NCBI GenBank assembly: GCA_021613535.1
Contig: CP075494.1
Location: forward strand, 1,178,001-1,242,000
Direction of reading: 5' to 3'
DNA: 64,000 bases
Origin: Adineta vaga
Taxonomy: Eukaryota; Animalia; Rotifera
Shown here: one piece after another, positions 49,132-62,068 of the stretch
How positions within the stretch are numbered: position 1 is the stretch's first letter
Layout: each line of letters opens with the position of its first letter
Made by a program: the position numbers and the translations under genes
The notes under the pieces: generated by a model
Databases searched by the model: none
Told to the model about the DNA's origin: nothing
Seen by the model: the letters and a program-made list of their open reading frames with translations, nothing else

Positions 49132-49907
49132 ATAATAGTCATTTCTGGAACACGAATGCCGCCAAGTTAGTATAGTTGTAATATACCATAAGAAAGAGCT
49201 CTTCGCATCATATACCGATTGATCCGCACTTAGCTAGTGTCGCCTTTGGGTTGCCTCATGAAGGTCGTTGCAGACATTTCATACCTTCAATAGAGCTTGC
49301 TTAGAACTAGATCTGAGTACAATGCAGAAAGCTATCGGACGGGAAGTTTACAAAGGGTTTGGGAGCTTGTGACCATTAACCTCAAAAATTTCCAGGTCAT
49401 TACACTAGGTCTATTGACAAATGGGAAATAGAAGTTTGCAATTTCATCTCTATTTTGGCCATGATGAAATCCATGCCACTTATTTCGAAATCGTTTTCCC
49501 TGTTTTGTTTTTTACTCGGATTATATTTTCACGGAGTAATTATTCTGGTTTTAGGACAAAATTAGATTTCATTACACTCAGTAGACTAGGAAAATACATT
49601 TTTCGTGAGTAAACTGAAAACTAATAGTATATGAAACAATTATTTTGGCCCAAAGGAAAATGACTTCCACGCTCTATATTGGAAGTGCAGTATGGATGTG
49701 GGTACAGGTGTTGTCGTTATCTTAATCCACACCCACAATCTTGTAGAAGAGGAGGAGTAGAAGACTTCGAGGTAAACGTGAGAAGTTACCTTTATTCATT
49801 AAAAGTGAGTGATATTCAGTGTCCAAATAAACAATACCAATTTTTAATTATGCCTTGCTGAATTCTTTTTTTTTCTCATTTTGATATTTATTTTTCACAC
49901 AAAAAAG

Positions 49908-50243
49908 AACCGACCACTACGTCAGCAATCACTATATCAACACCATCAAGCTCAACATCAACAACTTCGACCTCAACAACATCCAGCTCAACGTCAACAA
50001 CTTCAACCTCAACAAGCTCAACATCAACAACATCCAGCTCAACGTCAACAACTTCAACCTCAACAAGCTCAACGTCAACATCCAGCTCAACGTCAACAAC
50101 ATCAACATCCAGCTCAACGTCAACATCCAGCTCAACGTCAACAACATCAACATCCAGCTCAACGTCAACAACATCAACATCCAGCTCAACGTCAACAACA
50201 ACAACAACAACAACCTCGACATCAACGACTGCATCAGTTTGTG
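49908..50243 (+). repeat. Coding minisatellite (S/T-rich mucin-like exon)
   Basis: Repeats of TCAACAACATCCAGCTCAACG variants, read as STTSSST in the spliced frame. Confidence 0.85.
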
Positions 50244-51025
50244 GTATGTAACAAACCAAATAATAATCGCTTTCTATGTGCTGAACAACAAGCTATCAGA
50301 AGTCTCTCACAAAATAGAAGAGCTCGGTCTTTTGAATCATTCTACCTATAAACTTTCTCCGAGCTCTTCTGATCCTTTCAATTTTTTTCTATAGTTATTC
50401 ATTTAAAACTTTTTCTGAGGAACGAAATTCATTTTCGACATTTGCAGGATGTTTATAAGATTTTCATAGCATAGAAACAGTATTTTTCTTTCTTCACGCA
50501 TTTCCATCGCAAAAAATGATAAAAAAAGTATTTTTTTGTGCATAAAAACGCTGATTAATTCTTAAAAGCCGAAGTGAGTTTTGAAGAAGTTGAAGAAGAA
50601 CTAATCACAGAAATAGAGATTCTGGATTCTCAGTATGCACATACTGCAGTTAAAAATGCTGGATGACACGGAAAGTTTTTCTACTGAGGTGAGCTGGGTG
50701 ATATACAATCTTCTTAATTTTTCGACCGCAGTGGTCTCTAATATGGTTTAGAATAACCGAAGGTTCACTGCGATAACATTTTAACATGTCTTATATCATT
50801 TATAGCGCGAAAAATTCATAATAACCTTCGTTACTATGGCCAAATATCTCCGGAAAAAAAGCTATTCCGTATTACGCCAGAATGTATTGGTAGAAGAGTT
50901 AAAAGGCTGTAATGTTGTTTTATATTAAAGTTTTGACTTATTTCTAATGATATCATCCGAAGTTCATGTTGTATATGTCAGAAGACAGAAATGTATGAGT
51001 AGTGAATTTTGCTGCAAAAACTATT

Positions 51026-51844
51026 CACTGAAAAAATTTCCGAAGAATAATAAACCCTTTTTGCATAGTTCAACAGGATCAACGCTCAAATGGTCCGTTT
51101 CTTATATATGATGGTAAACTCTGTATTTGAGGGTTGATCCTGTTGAACTATGAAAAAAGAGTTTATCAAAGAGAACTCGAAAAAAACAAATCTAGTAAAA
51201 CCGCTAATATCAGCGTTTTTAAATGCAGTGGCTATCAGTGGTTCTGCATGCCGCGGTGTGGATGTTAACAGCCGCGGTTTTCTGAGAATGTGGTTTAATG
51301 AACCGCGATGTACTGGCTGAAGAACGCAGTATCTTAATCCAAAAATAAATGTGTAAGCACTTAGAGGATGTCGTGCCCCGCTTTTTCGTAACTTTTTGCA
51401 CAGTTTTTCTTGTGTGGGCTCTGTCCTCAACAAATGGCTTAGGAGTTCAAAGGGACTTGGAAAAATTCCTACAAAGCCCCTCGAAGGACAAACTCTCTAA
51501 AAATGTAGAGGGAAGAGGCTGACTAGGTGGCCTTGGGTGAACCCAGATGGGTGGGGTTTTTAACATCACGGTTTTCAGCGATTTATATGTACTGCGGTTC
51601 TCAACGTTTTTTTCATGAAGTGGAAGTCAGACCATTAATGAAGTTATCAGAAACCGCCTCAAACCGCGGTTTCTGGTGGTATTTGGCGCCTTCATTAATG
51701 GTCTGACTTCCGCTTCATGAAAAATACGTTGAAAACCGTTGAATGGCATCGATTTTTTCCGTAGGTAGAGGGCGTTGACAAGTTAATTTAATAGTCACGA
51801 ACCTTTTTTCAGGGTTTATTATTCGCCGGACATTTCTTTCCGTG
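51026..51844. mobile_element. Non-autonomous TIR element with nested hairpins
   Basis: Ends CACTGAAAAAATTTCCGAAGAATAATAAACCCT / AGGGTTTATTATTCGCCGGACATTTCTTTCCGTG; internal inverted repeats at about 51064-51154 and 51602-51731. Confidence 0.6.
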
Positions 51845-51978
51845 TACGTATTCTGGAACTCTGTTTTTGTGTTTGATAGATGTTTCAGTATGATTTTTTC
51901 TCCATTTTACAATCAATTTGACTGTGTTCACCGCAGAAAATAGTGGCTTTCATAGGTACGATTTTATAGCTTCGTTCT

Positions 51979-52324
51979 CAGTGGCGGAGCCAGGATTTTG
52001 TACTAGGGGGGCTCAGCCCCTAACTTCAAAATCGACTCTGAAAAAAATTTTTTTTCACCAGTTTCAAGGCTAAGTTGCATATAAAAACCAGGTGTCGGTA
52101 CAGAAAAAAATCCTGAAAAACCCAAAGTGAAAAGCAAAAAAAAAAAAACCTGTACTCCCCTTCGAGCTTAGTCGGGTTCGTGAAAAACCGGATCTTCACA
52201 ATCATTTTAGGCGCCAGGGGCAAAAATTTTTCTAGGGGGGGCGCGAAAGGTCGTAGGGGGGGCGCGAAAGGTCGTAGGGGGGGCTGAGCCCCCTCTGGCC
52301 CCCCCCCCCCTGGCTCCGCCACTG
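51979..52324. mobile_element. hAT-type MITE, 346 bp
   Basis: Perfect 16-bp TIR CAGTGGCGGAGCCAGG; 8-bp TSD TTCGTTCT. Confidence 0.95.
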
Positions 52325-53495
52325 TTCGTTCTATAACGATTAATACGATGTCCTCGGAAGTAAACATTCGGCTTTTGAGGGTTAAAGACCTGGTTATTGT
52401 ATATATTAATTAATTACAATGGAGTCTTTGCATATGTCTTTTGAAACATTTGTTGAAGGAGATCTTCAGTTGCGACGGGATTTAGGTTATTCAATGGGGA
52501 AGATTTCGTTGGAAAAAAAAAGAAAAAGCTGTGTACACGCTGTGAAATTTTAGAAAACTTTCGGTATTTGCAACGAACTCAATAGTCGTTTTGAAAATCT
52601 CGCAGAAAATCTAAGAAATTTAGAAAAACGACTTCCAGCACGCTTACAATCTTATTAAAGGTGTTTTTCAACGAAACCATCTGATGTCATTAACCACGGT
52701 TCAGTTTGAGCCTGACTCAGATATCGAAAGTTTCAATACTTCAGTCACACAGAAGAATAAATCCCGAAATGATATCCAAACACAATGCGCAAACCTCAAC
52801 CGACATCCAAATTCATCAAACTCAAACGGTTTCGGTTTGGTACATGTCTAATCGTGGCCCTTGAATATCATATAAGCTTTAAAAAACCTTTTCTGTATAG
52901 TCCGACTAGCAGTAGTGCTCGATGCTGGTGGAGAACGTTCCATAATGAAAACCTCGCATTTTAGAAGACAACATGAAATGTACAAAGACATGCACTTGAA
53001 AGTTTTGCATTCACGGCAACAATGTTTTGTCTTGCATGTCAGAGATGAGCGACTCCAGCTATAAATCTCACTCCAAGCTTACTTCAAATACGACCTAAAG
53101 AAGCAACAGTTCTAGAATAAAAGTTGCGCGTCGCCAGTGCAGACATTCAAATCCATCCTGAAGATGAGAAAATCGTGGACATCTTGACGGCATTCGACAA
53201 TCTTTGAAAAACGTATCGAAGATAGTTTAACTGATGGTATTCGCTAACTTTTCTTTTTCTACGGCGTAGGAAGGATTGTCGGAGAATTATACACAAGTCA
53301 AATCTTGAGGGTGTGACATTTTACAATAGTATATGTAAACTGTGTTGTCCATGATGTTTGCATAAAATATTTCTATGTGAACAGCATATTCTGTGTATTA
53401 TTTCATGAACTTTCACCTAAGCTACGTGATATGAGAAAAAAATCTGATTGTGTTACCTGTTGTACACACATAGATTGTATGGTGATGATAGAAAT

Positions 53496-54800
53496 CAGAG
53501 CTATGACGAGTACAAGTACTCCAAGTAAAAGTACTTTACTTATACTGGCAAAATTGTACTTTGTACTTGTACTTGTACTTGGTTGCCAGTACTTGGTACT
53601 TGTACTTGTACTTGACGACAATTATTTGGTACTTGTATTTGTACTTGGTTAGCAGTACTTGATATTTACATTCTACTTCTGCAAAAGCAAGTTGCGTGAA
53701 TTAAACAGAGTAACTAAGAAATCTCTAAAGATCATTGAATAGCGTTATCTGATTAAAAAAATATAGTTATCAAAATATTGTAATGAAGATTTCTGCTCTA
53801 ATATACGAATATAAATAATATGTCACTACAACTAGGGACAAATTTTTAACGATTGTTTTTACTGTTTTTGGACGTATAAAGCTAAAATCGTTACACACCT
53901 ATATTTAATCAAAATCTTTAGTTTTTGAAACTTTTAGCTCCTTAGCCGAGATCAGTGATAAAACTACCTCTATGGATTTTAGTTACAAATCGATCATTGT
54001 CGCAAATGTTGTAAAAAATTTGCAGAAAATGAATACAAAACTTTGTATTGCAACATGAATGATGGATTTCACCACTAGTTTTAGCTAAAGGGGTGAAACT
54101 GCGAGAAACTAAAGATCTTGATTGTATATAAATGTAATGAGAATCTCAGCTTTATCTGTCTGAAAAAAGTATGATAAATATGGTTAATAAATCTTCCCCA
54201 GTTATTAAAATACATAATTTATTCACCGGAAGCTATTTTCAATGATTATATTGTCATTATTTGAATCTCTTCGAAATTGAAAAAACAATTTGGTGATGGT
54301 TATACTCGTTGAATTTCGTATTACGACTATATAGTATTTGATTAAAGTACAACACATCTTTTCAAATTCAGATTCGTGATGTATAATTCAAGATAGATCG
54401 TTTCTCTGATACATCTGGAATTTACCTAAAGATTTTACTAAAGATTAATACTCAATCATGTCTTCTCACTTTAAGATATTGGTACTAGAAAAATTAGGAT
54501 CAGACGTGAATTAAGATAAAGAAAAACGTATAGGATTCAGCGTTAAAGTCGATAAGATATAGATTAGTTCGGGGTTCGAAGATTACGACAAATCAGAAAA
54601 TTATGATCATTCTTCTATCACCGTGAGTATTAGCATTATATCAATAAACCTAAAGGACACTTCAATTAAAATACAGGATATTGTTTCGCATTTGAAAATC
54701 AAGTACGAAGTACTATTTACTAAGTACAAGTACAAGTACAAGTACCAAGTACTTTTCGCCAAGTACAAGTACAAGTACAAATACTTGCGTCATAGCTCTG
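53496..54800. mobile_element. Non-autonomous hAT element, 1305 bp
   Basis: TIR CAGAGCTATGACG; 8-bp TSD ATAGAAAT; subterminal (GTACTT)n/(AAGTAC)n; degenerate internal foldback at about 53815-54220. Confidence 0.93.
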
Positions 54801-57186
54801 ATAGAAATCGATATTCAATAGAGGTCCTGGCGGTATTTGTGCCACAATACTGGTACTAATATGCAGTGCATGGAGATTTTGTCAATAATTTTTGATACAA
54901 ATAAGATACAATAGTGTAGTTCTCATCGATGGACTATTGTAAACTCATTTACATGGTCTGTTGAAGATTCCATTCATCCCCTTTCAAAACCAATTCATTC
55001 TGTAAAGTATTTGTAGCAAAGTCTCAGTGGTCAGGTATGCATTCAAACGCCTCTATAAAATCAATAAAAATTTGGGAAATTTACATATATTTTATCAGGT
55101 ATTCAAGAGTCATAGATGCCGTAGATGGAGTCAGAAGAAATCTTCTTTTAATACTAGAAACAATCATTGAAGAAATAGTAAATAACATTTAGAAAAATAT
55201 ATAATACATAATTTCATGCATGCTCCTTTCTGTCTTCTAATCTTAATAGTCGAAACTCTCCGTCTTATTTTGCTCCAGAGTTATTGACAAAATACTGATT
55301 AAATAGATGTTAGTATAACAGTTACATAAAATCGAACAACAGATCGTACCCAGATTCTACTATCTCGATATCAATTGACGTACTATCAAATAGTATAGAA
55401 AATCAGAGCATTTTTTTCTCTGTCAGACTGTATCGAGAAAAAGTCTTTTAAAGCTTACTATAAATGGTATTCAAGAGCCACGATCACTACTTTTAGATAT
55501 GTCTGTTTATTTCTAGTGGTAATCCGAATGTCTTCAAAATCACCGATCTCAGACTCCTAAACTAAGCATGAGCCTGTATTACGTTTCACGGAATACTGAA
55601 ACTTTTACCAAGTCGAAGTATCCGATAATAAAACTTAACCTTGTCGTATGGTCATTTAATTTTTGGGTGTATTGAATACCGTAAGCTGAAACTTCAGTGA
55701 GACGTATAAAAATTTATAAAAAAGACCATGAGCAGTTATCTTTTTTGAATTTTTCTTACTCAGCTAGGATCTATCTAATGTAAAAGGTCCGAAGTCAAAT
55801 ATGTTGCCACTGATTTCGGATGGTTTCCTCATTAAGTATCTGTGCAAGTGTTCCGTTTTCTCAAATAAACCTCATGAATATTGTATATCGACTGTAGATG
55901 AACGTACTGCATGAAAATCACAATGGGAGTAAACAAGGTTTGCATAATTTGCAAATGAGATTTTGTTAAACCGCACGAGATTAATTTGCCATGGTGTTTA
56001 TAACTGATGAACAAGCGGACTGTGGAGTTAACTACTAGTAGTTGCAGAAACAAATTGTCAATGAATTTCTTTTTCTCTACTCTACTATTACTTTTTAATA
56101 TTCGCTGTTGTATCGTCATTACATCAGATAAGTGTTGTATAGTCCACTCAAACTAAGCAAGAGAGAGGTAGCACTATTCGTTAAAAAATAATTTATTGCC
56201 GACATCTTATCTACTGCATTAGTTTATGTTCTTTTATTAGATTTTGGCTCGTTCCTTAGTAGCCCAAAAATGAGGTACAAATACGTAATCGAAAAAACAG
56301 CATTCGATTCGTTCTAAATGTCAATCTAATCAAATAGTCAATTTTTAAAAGCAATTAAGGAATCTTATCGATTTATTGTAATGCACAAGATAGCTAAAAA
56401 TGTGTTCGCCCTCATAGATAGCAATTTACAAGAGACTCAAAAATCCTTCTAATTGATGACGGAATTGTCAATAAGCCTGTTGATAGATTTTAGAATTTCT
56501 CCTGTATATCGAACATTTATATAAGAGTACTGTTAGAATCGATCTTAATTTATCGATTAACAAGACTTTGATAGAGTGGCATAGAAATAACGTCACTGAA
56601 GTTACCATGACATGTGGCTCGCTTTTGCACGAAGACTACGAATCATACAGCCAAAAACAAGATAAAACATTTTTCGTCCAAGCGTGATGGTATTTCGCAA
56701 CAGGAGGATACGACTTAACCATCACTTATGTACAGTAATGTTTCAAGAAAGAATTTGTGATTACACTCTCCTATGTCATAGTTTCGCTCATCACTGAAGC
56801 AAAGCATACTATCGAACCTCCGATTTCACAGTGTGAGACTAGCTTTAAGAAGCACAGAAAGATAACTCAATTTCGCACCTTGAGTCTTACATCTTTAAAA
56901 ACTTACGTACCATCTCAGAGCCATTTCTCCTTTTATCACGCTCGTGCATGCGATGCCATGAATTCCCCATTTTTCCCAAGTTCGAAATCTGCAAAGAATC
57001 GTAAACCGTAACTCGAGTTGTGTATGTATCAGAGAGAACCTTGTGGATTACAGTTCCCCCATCATGGTGACGGTTATAAAAATGAGAGGTAGATGTTCAC
57101 TACAGATGAAACAAAACGGATTTTTGGGACTACTTATTTCAACTAATGATGGATTGAGCTGACACAGTAATTCTTTTATCAAATAG

Positions 57187-59249
57187 TGTCCAACAACACG
57201 TTCGTTACCGCATTTGCTTATGCAACTGGCATTTATCCAATAGCAGTGGCAGTCGTCGACGTGAACAATGACAACAAACCCGATATAATTACCGCAAACA
57301 GAGGTGCAAACACTGTCAGTGTTCTTCTTAATACAGGCACTGGGACCTTTTCTTCACAAGCTACTTATGCAACTGGCTCTAATCCATACTCAGTGGCAGT
57401 CGTCGACGTGAACAATGACAACAAACCCGATATAATTACCGCTAATTATGGGGCGAACACTGTCAGTGTTCTTCTTAATACAGGCACTGGGACCTTTTCT
57501 TCTCAAACTACGTATGCAACTGACGATGGTCCATACTCAGTGGCAGTCGTCGACGTGAACAATGACAACAAACCCGATATAATTACCGCAAACAGAGGTG
57601 CGAACACTGTCAGTGTTCTTCTTAATACAGGCACTGGGACCTTTTCTTCTCAAACTACGTATGCAACTGGCATTTCTCCAACAGCAGTGGCAGTCGTCGA
57701 CGTGAACAATGACAACAAACCCGATATAATTACCGCTAATTATTGGGCGAACACTGTCAGTGTTCTTCTTAATACAGGTACTGGGACCTTTTCTTCACAA
57801 GCTACTTATGCAACTGGCATTCGTCCATACTCAGTGGCAGTCGTCGACGTGAACAATGACAACAAACCCGATATAATTATCGCTAATTATGGGGCGAACA
57901 CTGTCAGTGTTCTTCTTAATACAGGCAGTGGGACCTTTTCTTCTCAAACTACTTATGCAACTGGCGATAGTCCATACTCAGTGGCAGTCGTCGACGTGAA
58001 CAATGACAACAAACCCGATATAATTACCGCTAATAATGGGGCGAACACTGTGAGTGTTCTTCTTAATACAGGTACTGGGACCTTTTCTTCACAAGCTACT
58101 TATGCAACTGGCATTAATCCATACTCAGTGGCAGTCGTCGACGTGAACAATGACAACAAACCCGATATAATTACCGCTAATTATGGGGCGAACACTGTTA
58201 GTGTTCTCCTTAATACAGGCACTGGGACCTTTTCTTCTCAAACTACGTATGCAACTGGCATTTATCCATACTCAGTGGCAGTCGTCGACGTGAACAATGA
58301 CAACAAACCCGATATAATTACCGCTAATTATGGGGCGAACACTGTCAGTGTTCTTCTTAATACAGGTACTGGGACCTTTTCTTCTCAAACTAATTATGCA
58401 ACTGGCTCTAATCCATACTCAGTGGCAGTCGTCGACGTGAACAATGACAACAAACCCGATATAATTACCGCAAACAGAGGTGCGAACACTGTCAGTGTTC
58501 TTCTTAATACAGGCACTGGGACCTTTTCTTCTCAAACTACTTATGCAACTGGCTCTAATCCATACTCAGTGGCAGTCGTCGACGTGAACAATGACAACAA
58601 ACCCGATATAATTACCGCTAATAATGGGGCGAACACTGTGAGTGTTCTTCTTAATACAGGCACTGGGACCTTTTCTTCTCAAACTACGTATGCAACTGGC
58701 ATTAATCCATACTCAGTGGCAGTCGTCGACGTGAACAATGACAACAAACCCGATATAATTACCGCTAATAATGGGGCGAACACTGTGAGTGTTCTTCTTA
58801 ATACAGGCACTGGGACCTTTTCTTCTCAAACTACGTATGCAACTGGCATTTATCCAACAGCAGTGGCAGTCGTCGACGTGAACAATGACAACAAACCCGA
58901 TATAATTACCGCTAATAATGGGGCGAACACTGTCAGTGTTCTTCTTAATACAGGTACTGGGACCTTTTCTTCTCAAACTACGTATGCAACTGGCTCTAAT
59001 CCATACTCAGTGGCCGTCGTCGACGTGAACAATGACAACAAACCCGATATAATTACCGCAAACAGAGGTGCAAACACTGTCAGTGTTCTTCTGAATACAG
59101 GTAATGGAGCGTTTTCTTGTCCAACTAATTACATAACTGGCACTGGTCCATACTCAGTGGCAGTCGTCGACGTGAATAATGACAACAAACGCGATATAAT
59201 TACCGCTAACTCTGGTGACAGCAATGTCGGCGTTAACTTATACTACTAA
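57187..59249 (+). CDS. FG-GAP/VCBS repeat exon (14 x 49 aa; 147-bp units)
   Basis: Repeat P-YS-VAVVDVNNDNKPDIITAN-x-GANTVSVLLNTGTGTFSSQTTYATG with a DxNxDxxxD Ca-binding motif; AG acceptor at 57185-57186. Confidence 0.92.
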
Positions 59250-60816
59250 GTAAAGACGGTTTATTCTTGAGGACGATAGTTTCATGAAAACATTCGAAAC
59301 GATAAGACTATTCTCTGATAATTTGCACTGCATGGTATCACAAAAAAACTTCATTGAGAAAAAAATCCTTTTTGCTTTTTAAGAAATAAATGATGCTTAA
59401 CATATATCGGATGAGGGTGGGTGTGTTATCGTTCCAGATTGCTACAACTACAGTGTTGACCTTTCTCAAGCGTCTAAATCATCAGGTAGGATTTAAACAA
59501 TGTTTAAAAATTCGAAAAGAAGAAATTATAAAGATTTCAAAGGAATTTCACGAAAATATCTAATTTGAATTTCGGAACAGGAATGAAATGACTTAAGCAT
59601 TTCAGGTGACTATTACGTTATAGAAGTATCAATTAGAGTTGGGACAATCATACTCATATGGATTTGTTTAGTGTTTATTTGGTGTGGTATAATATTCTTA
59701 GTTTTGAGCGAAGGTCGGTTGATTGTGATGCATCTAGAATAATAAAAAGACAAAATGAAACATTTGTATGTAAATAATCAATATTTTGTAAAGAAGTAAA
59801 AGAATATTTATAAGTATATAAAATAAGAAGACGATAGTGGACAAGCTGTTTTATATAAGTATATATGAAGAATTTAGTGAAAGTTTTAGTGTTAGTCGAT
59901 CAGTAATTGTATAATGACGTCAATGTGTAGCAGTTAATTTTAAGTAGATCGATTTCGATTTATTGCACTTGATGTGATTGTTGGATATTCCGGTTGTGCA
60001 TTGGCTAGCATTGCTTTTAGTGGCTTTTTCTTCACCAATGATTAGCTTAGACTTCTGTTGGATTTTATAACAATCTTTAAATGAATATTGTTCATGGTTG
60101 GATTGCTGTTAAGATAATGCTTTTACCACACATTCTTTAGTTCTTGTTTGAAACGTAACATCGTACCAGTTTCAAAATTGAAATGAAGACAATTTCATTT
60201 TTATTCGTTTCTGTCGTTCGTTGCCATTTAAAAGGATATTTTTCTGCTGTTTTTCTCGGTATGCTGACTGAATCATTAGTTGTCGATGTAAGTTTTTGTA
60301 CACGGCTCCATCCAATGGATCCATGAACGACATACAATTATTTGGTTGAAAGAATTTTTTTAAATGGTAAGAAATAAATCTGGGAAAATGACGTTTCGTA
60401 CCACTTTGTTTTTCTGAACTTCCAGAGCAGATGTCCGTTACGAACCCCGCGACAAAACAAATGGTGGAAATTTCGTCATGGAATCGATAAAGCGAATGTT
60501 GAAGTAAATAAACAGCATTTTTTGGATGGATGGAAATACAAAATGAGTATTCATGTCAAGTGCCAGCGCCTGAATCCATCCAGTCTTGCTTGTGGGTGAA
60601 TTTGGCCCTCGGTGGTCCACTCTGAACAACATATTTGCTCATATCCACATCCTCTCCAGGCAAGAAATTTCCGAACATCCGATGAAAATTTCCGGATATC
60701 CGACATTCCCTAACATTTGCACGAAATCGGCGAAAAATAATTTTCTTTCCGAACACCCAGACGCGTTGCCAGATGTTCGGAATGGGTGGTACGTACGAAA
60801 CGTAGTTCATCCATAA

Positions 60817-60883
60817 ATCTTAAGGATGTGGGTGTAAGTTTTTCAATACTTCTCCCTCACACCTGCGCCCACACCTTCAAGAT
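60817..60883. repeat. Telomere-like palindrome element
   Basis: ATCTTAAGGATGTGGGTG...CCCACACCTTCAAGAT. Confidence 0.8.
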
Positions 60884-61012
60884 AGGGGCATTGTATAATT
60901 TGATTGGTGAGGTTCATTTTGATGAAAAAGATTTTCAAATGGCGTTGAGTACTTTTCAGCAATGGTTAGAATATCTCCTTCAATCAGTACCCAGGTCAAC
61001 CAATCCGATGCT
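60880..61012 (+). pseudogene. Isolated TPR fragment
   Basis: IGALYNLIGEVHFDEKDFQMALSTFQQWLEYLLQSVP..NPML resembles the repeats of 717-3092 and starts at the edge of a palindrome. Confidence 0.5.
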
Positions 61013-61099
61013 GGATCCGATCGGAACCGAGTCTGGGATTGGTCGACCTGGGTAGGAGAAGATCTTCTCGGTGAAGTTTATCGAAGTCTCAATCAATTT

Positions 61100-61856
61100 T
61101 CCATAGTAGATAAAATAAGTATTCGATTCTATATCTTTACAAGGTTCAAACTTGGTGTTAACACAGAGCAAATTCATAAAGAATTGTGACATGCATGAGG
61201 GTGATGGTTATGTATCTTACACCTCAGCAACTGAGTGGATGCAACGTTTTAAACAAGTTAGAACTTCATCAGAAGATGATCCAAGAACTGGTCGACCAGT
61301 AACCGAAGCTACTGATCAACATATTGAAGTTATTCGTGCATTAATTGATGAAAATCCATACATTAGTATTAGATATATGGTCTTTGAGGCTGGTTTGTCA
61401 TACGGTACCATTCATTAGTAGAACTATTCATGGTGAGTTAAACTGAAAAAGTTATGGGCAAGAAGGGTACCACATAAACTGTCAGAGAAATCGAAACAAC
61501 AACGAATACAAATCTGTGAAGAAACTCTTGCGAAGCTGGAATCCGGCCAAAGGCGATTTTGCGATGTTGTTATCGGTGGGGAAACATGGATCTACTATCG
61601 TAGTATTGGATCGAAGCAATCCAATATGGCATGGTTTTCCGATTCTGAAAGTTTACGACAAGCTGTAATCAAGGAGATTCGGGCAATTTCACAAAATGAA
61701 TTTTGAAAGACATTTAACAAATGGATTGAACGGATGAAACTCTGTATAACAAACAAGGGCGAGTACTTCGAACATTTAATGAAATAAATTTTCTGTAAAG
61801 TTTCTTTAATCAATAAAAAAAGGGGTGTTCCGGAAACTTTTGAATCACCCTATGTA
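61100..61856 (+). mobile_element. Mariner transposase relic, internally deleted
   Basis: HTH region EDDPRTGRP..GLSYGTIH, WARRVPHKLS, GGETWIYY, and C-terminus WIERMKLCITNKGEYFEHL. Frameshifts and stops present. Right TIR-like GAAACTTTTGAATCACCCTATGTA; left TIR not found. Confidence 0.88.
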
Positions 61857-61933
61857 ATAAATCATTATAAATTGGCGTTAACAACACAGAAAAACTTCTT
61901 GTCATCGACTGATTTTAACTTAGTTCAAACTAT

Positions 61934-62068
61934 TCAAGGGGTGTGTGTGTGTGAGGATGTGGGTGTTTTCTATTCATTCACACTAGACATGCACCAAACC
62001 CAAACTCAAATCCAAACGGTTTGGGTTTGGTGCTTGTCTAATTCACACTCTCACCTACACCCTCATGA
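61934..62068. repeat. Telomere-like palindrome element carrying a 57-bp MITE
   Basis: AGGGGTGTGTGTGTGTGAGGATGTGGGTG...[MITE]...CACCTACACCCTCATGA. Confidence 0.75.
61984..62040. mobile_element. Minimal hAT-type MITE, 57 bp
   Basis: TIRs TAGACATGCACCAAACCC / GGGTTTGGTGCTTGTCTA; 8-bp TSD ATTCACAC; a related right end is at about 52825-52850. Confidence 0.88.

Larger units (their letters stand above)
46532..59249 (+). pseudogene. Secreted PAN/Apple domain - S/T-rich linker - 14x FG-GAP/VCBS repeat protein; exon 1 interrupted by a transposon
   Basis: Exon 1 is 46532-46833 plus 49134-49165 (CQIHCLGQPQCKAIIF..CQLF..ETTT/IIVISGTRMPP). Exon 2 is 49908-50243 (S/T-rich) and exon 3 is 57187-59249. Both introns are GT-AG, phase 1, and join in frame. 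Confidence 0.85.

Noticed and set aside
49881-50351. Q/H-rich, V/D-rich and L-rich ORFs in the track
   Set aside because: Alternative frames of the S/T-rich exon; splice phases support only the S/T frame.
60391-60803. Degenerate inverted-repeat element (ACGTTTCGTACCAC / GTGGTACGTACGAAACGT)
   Set aside because: Arms are short and imperfect and there is no TSD; too weak to classify.
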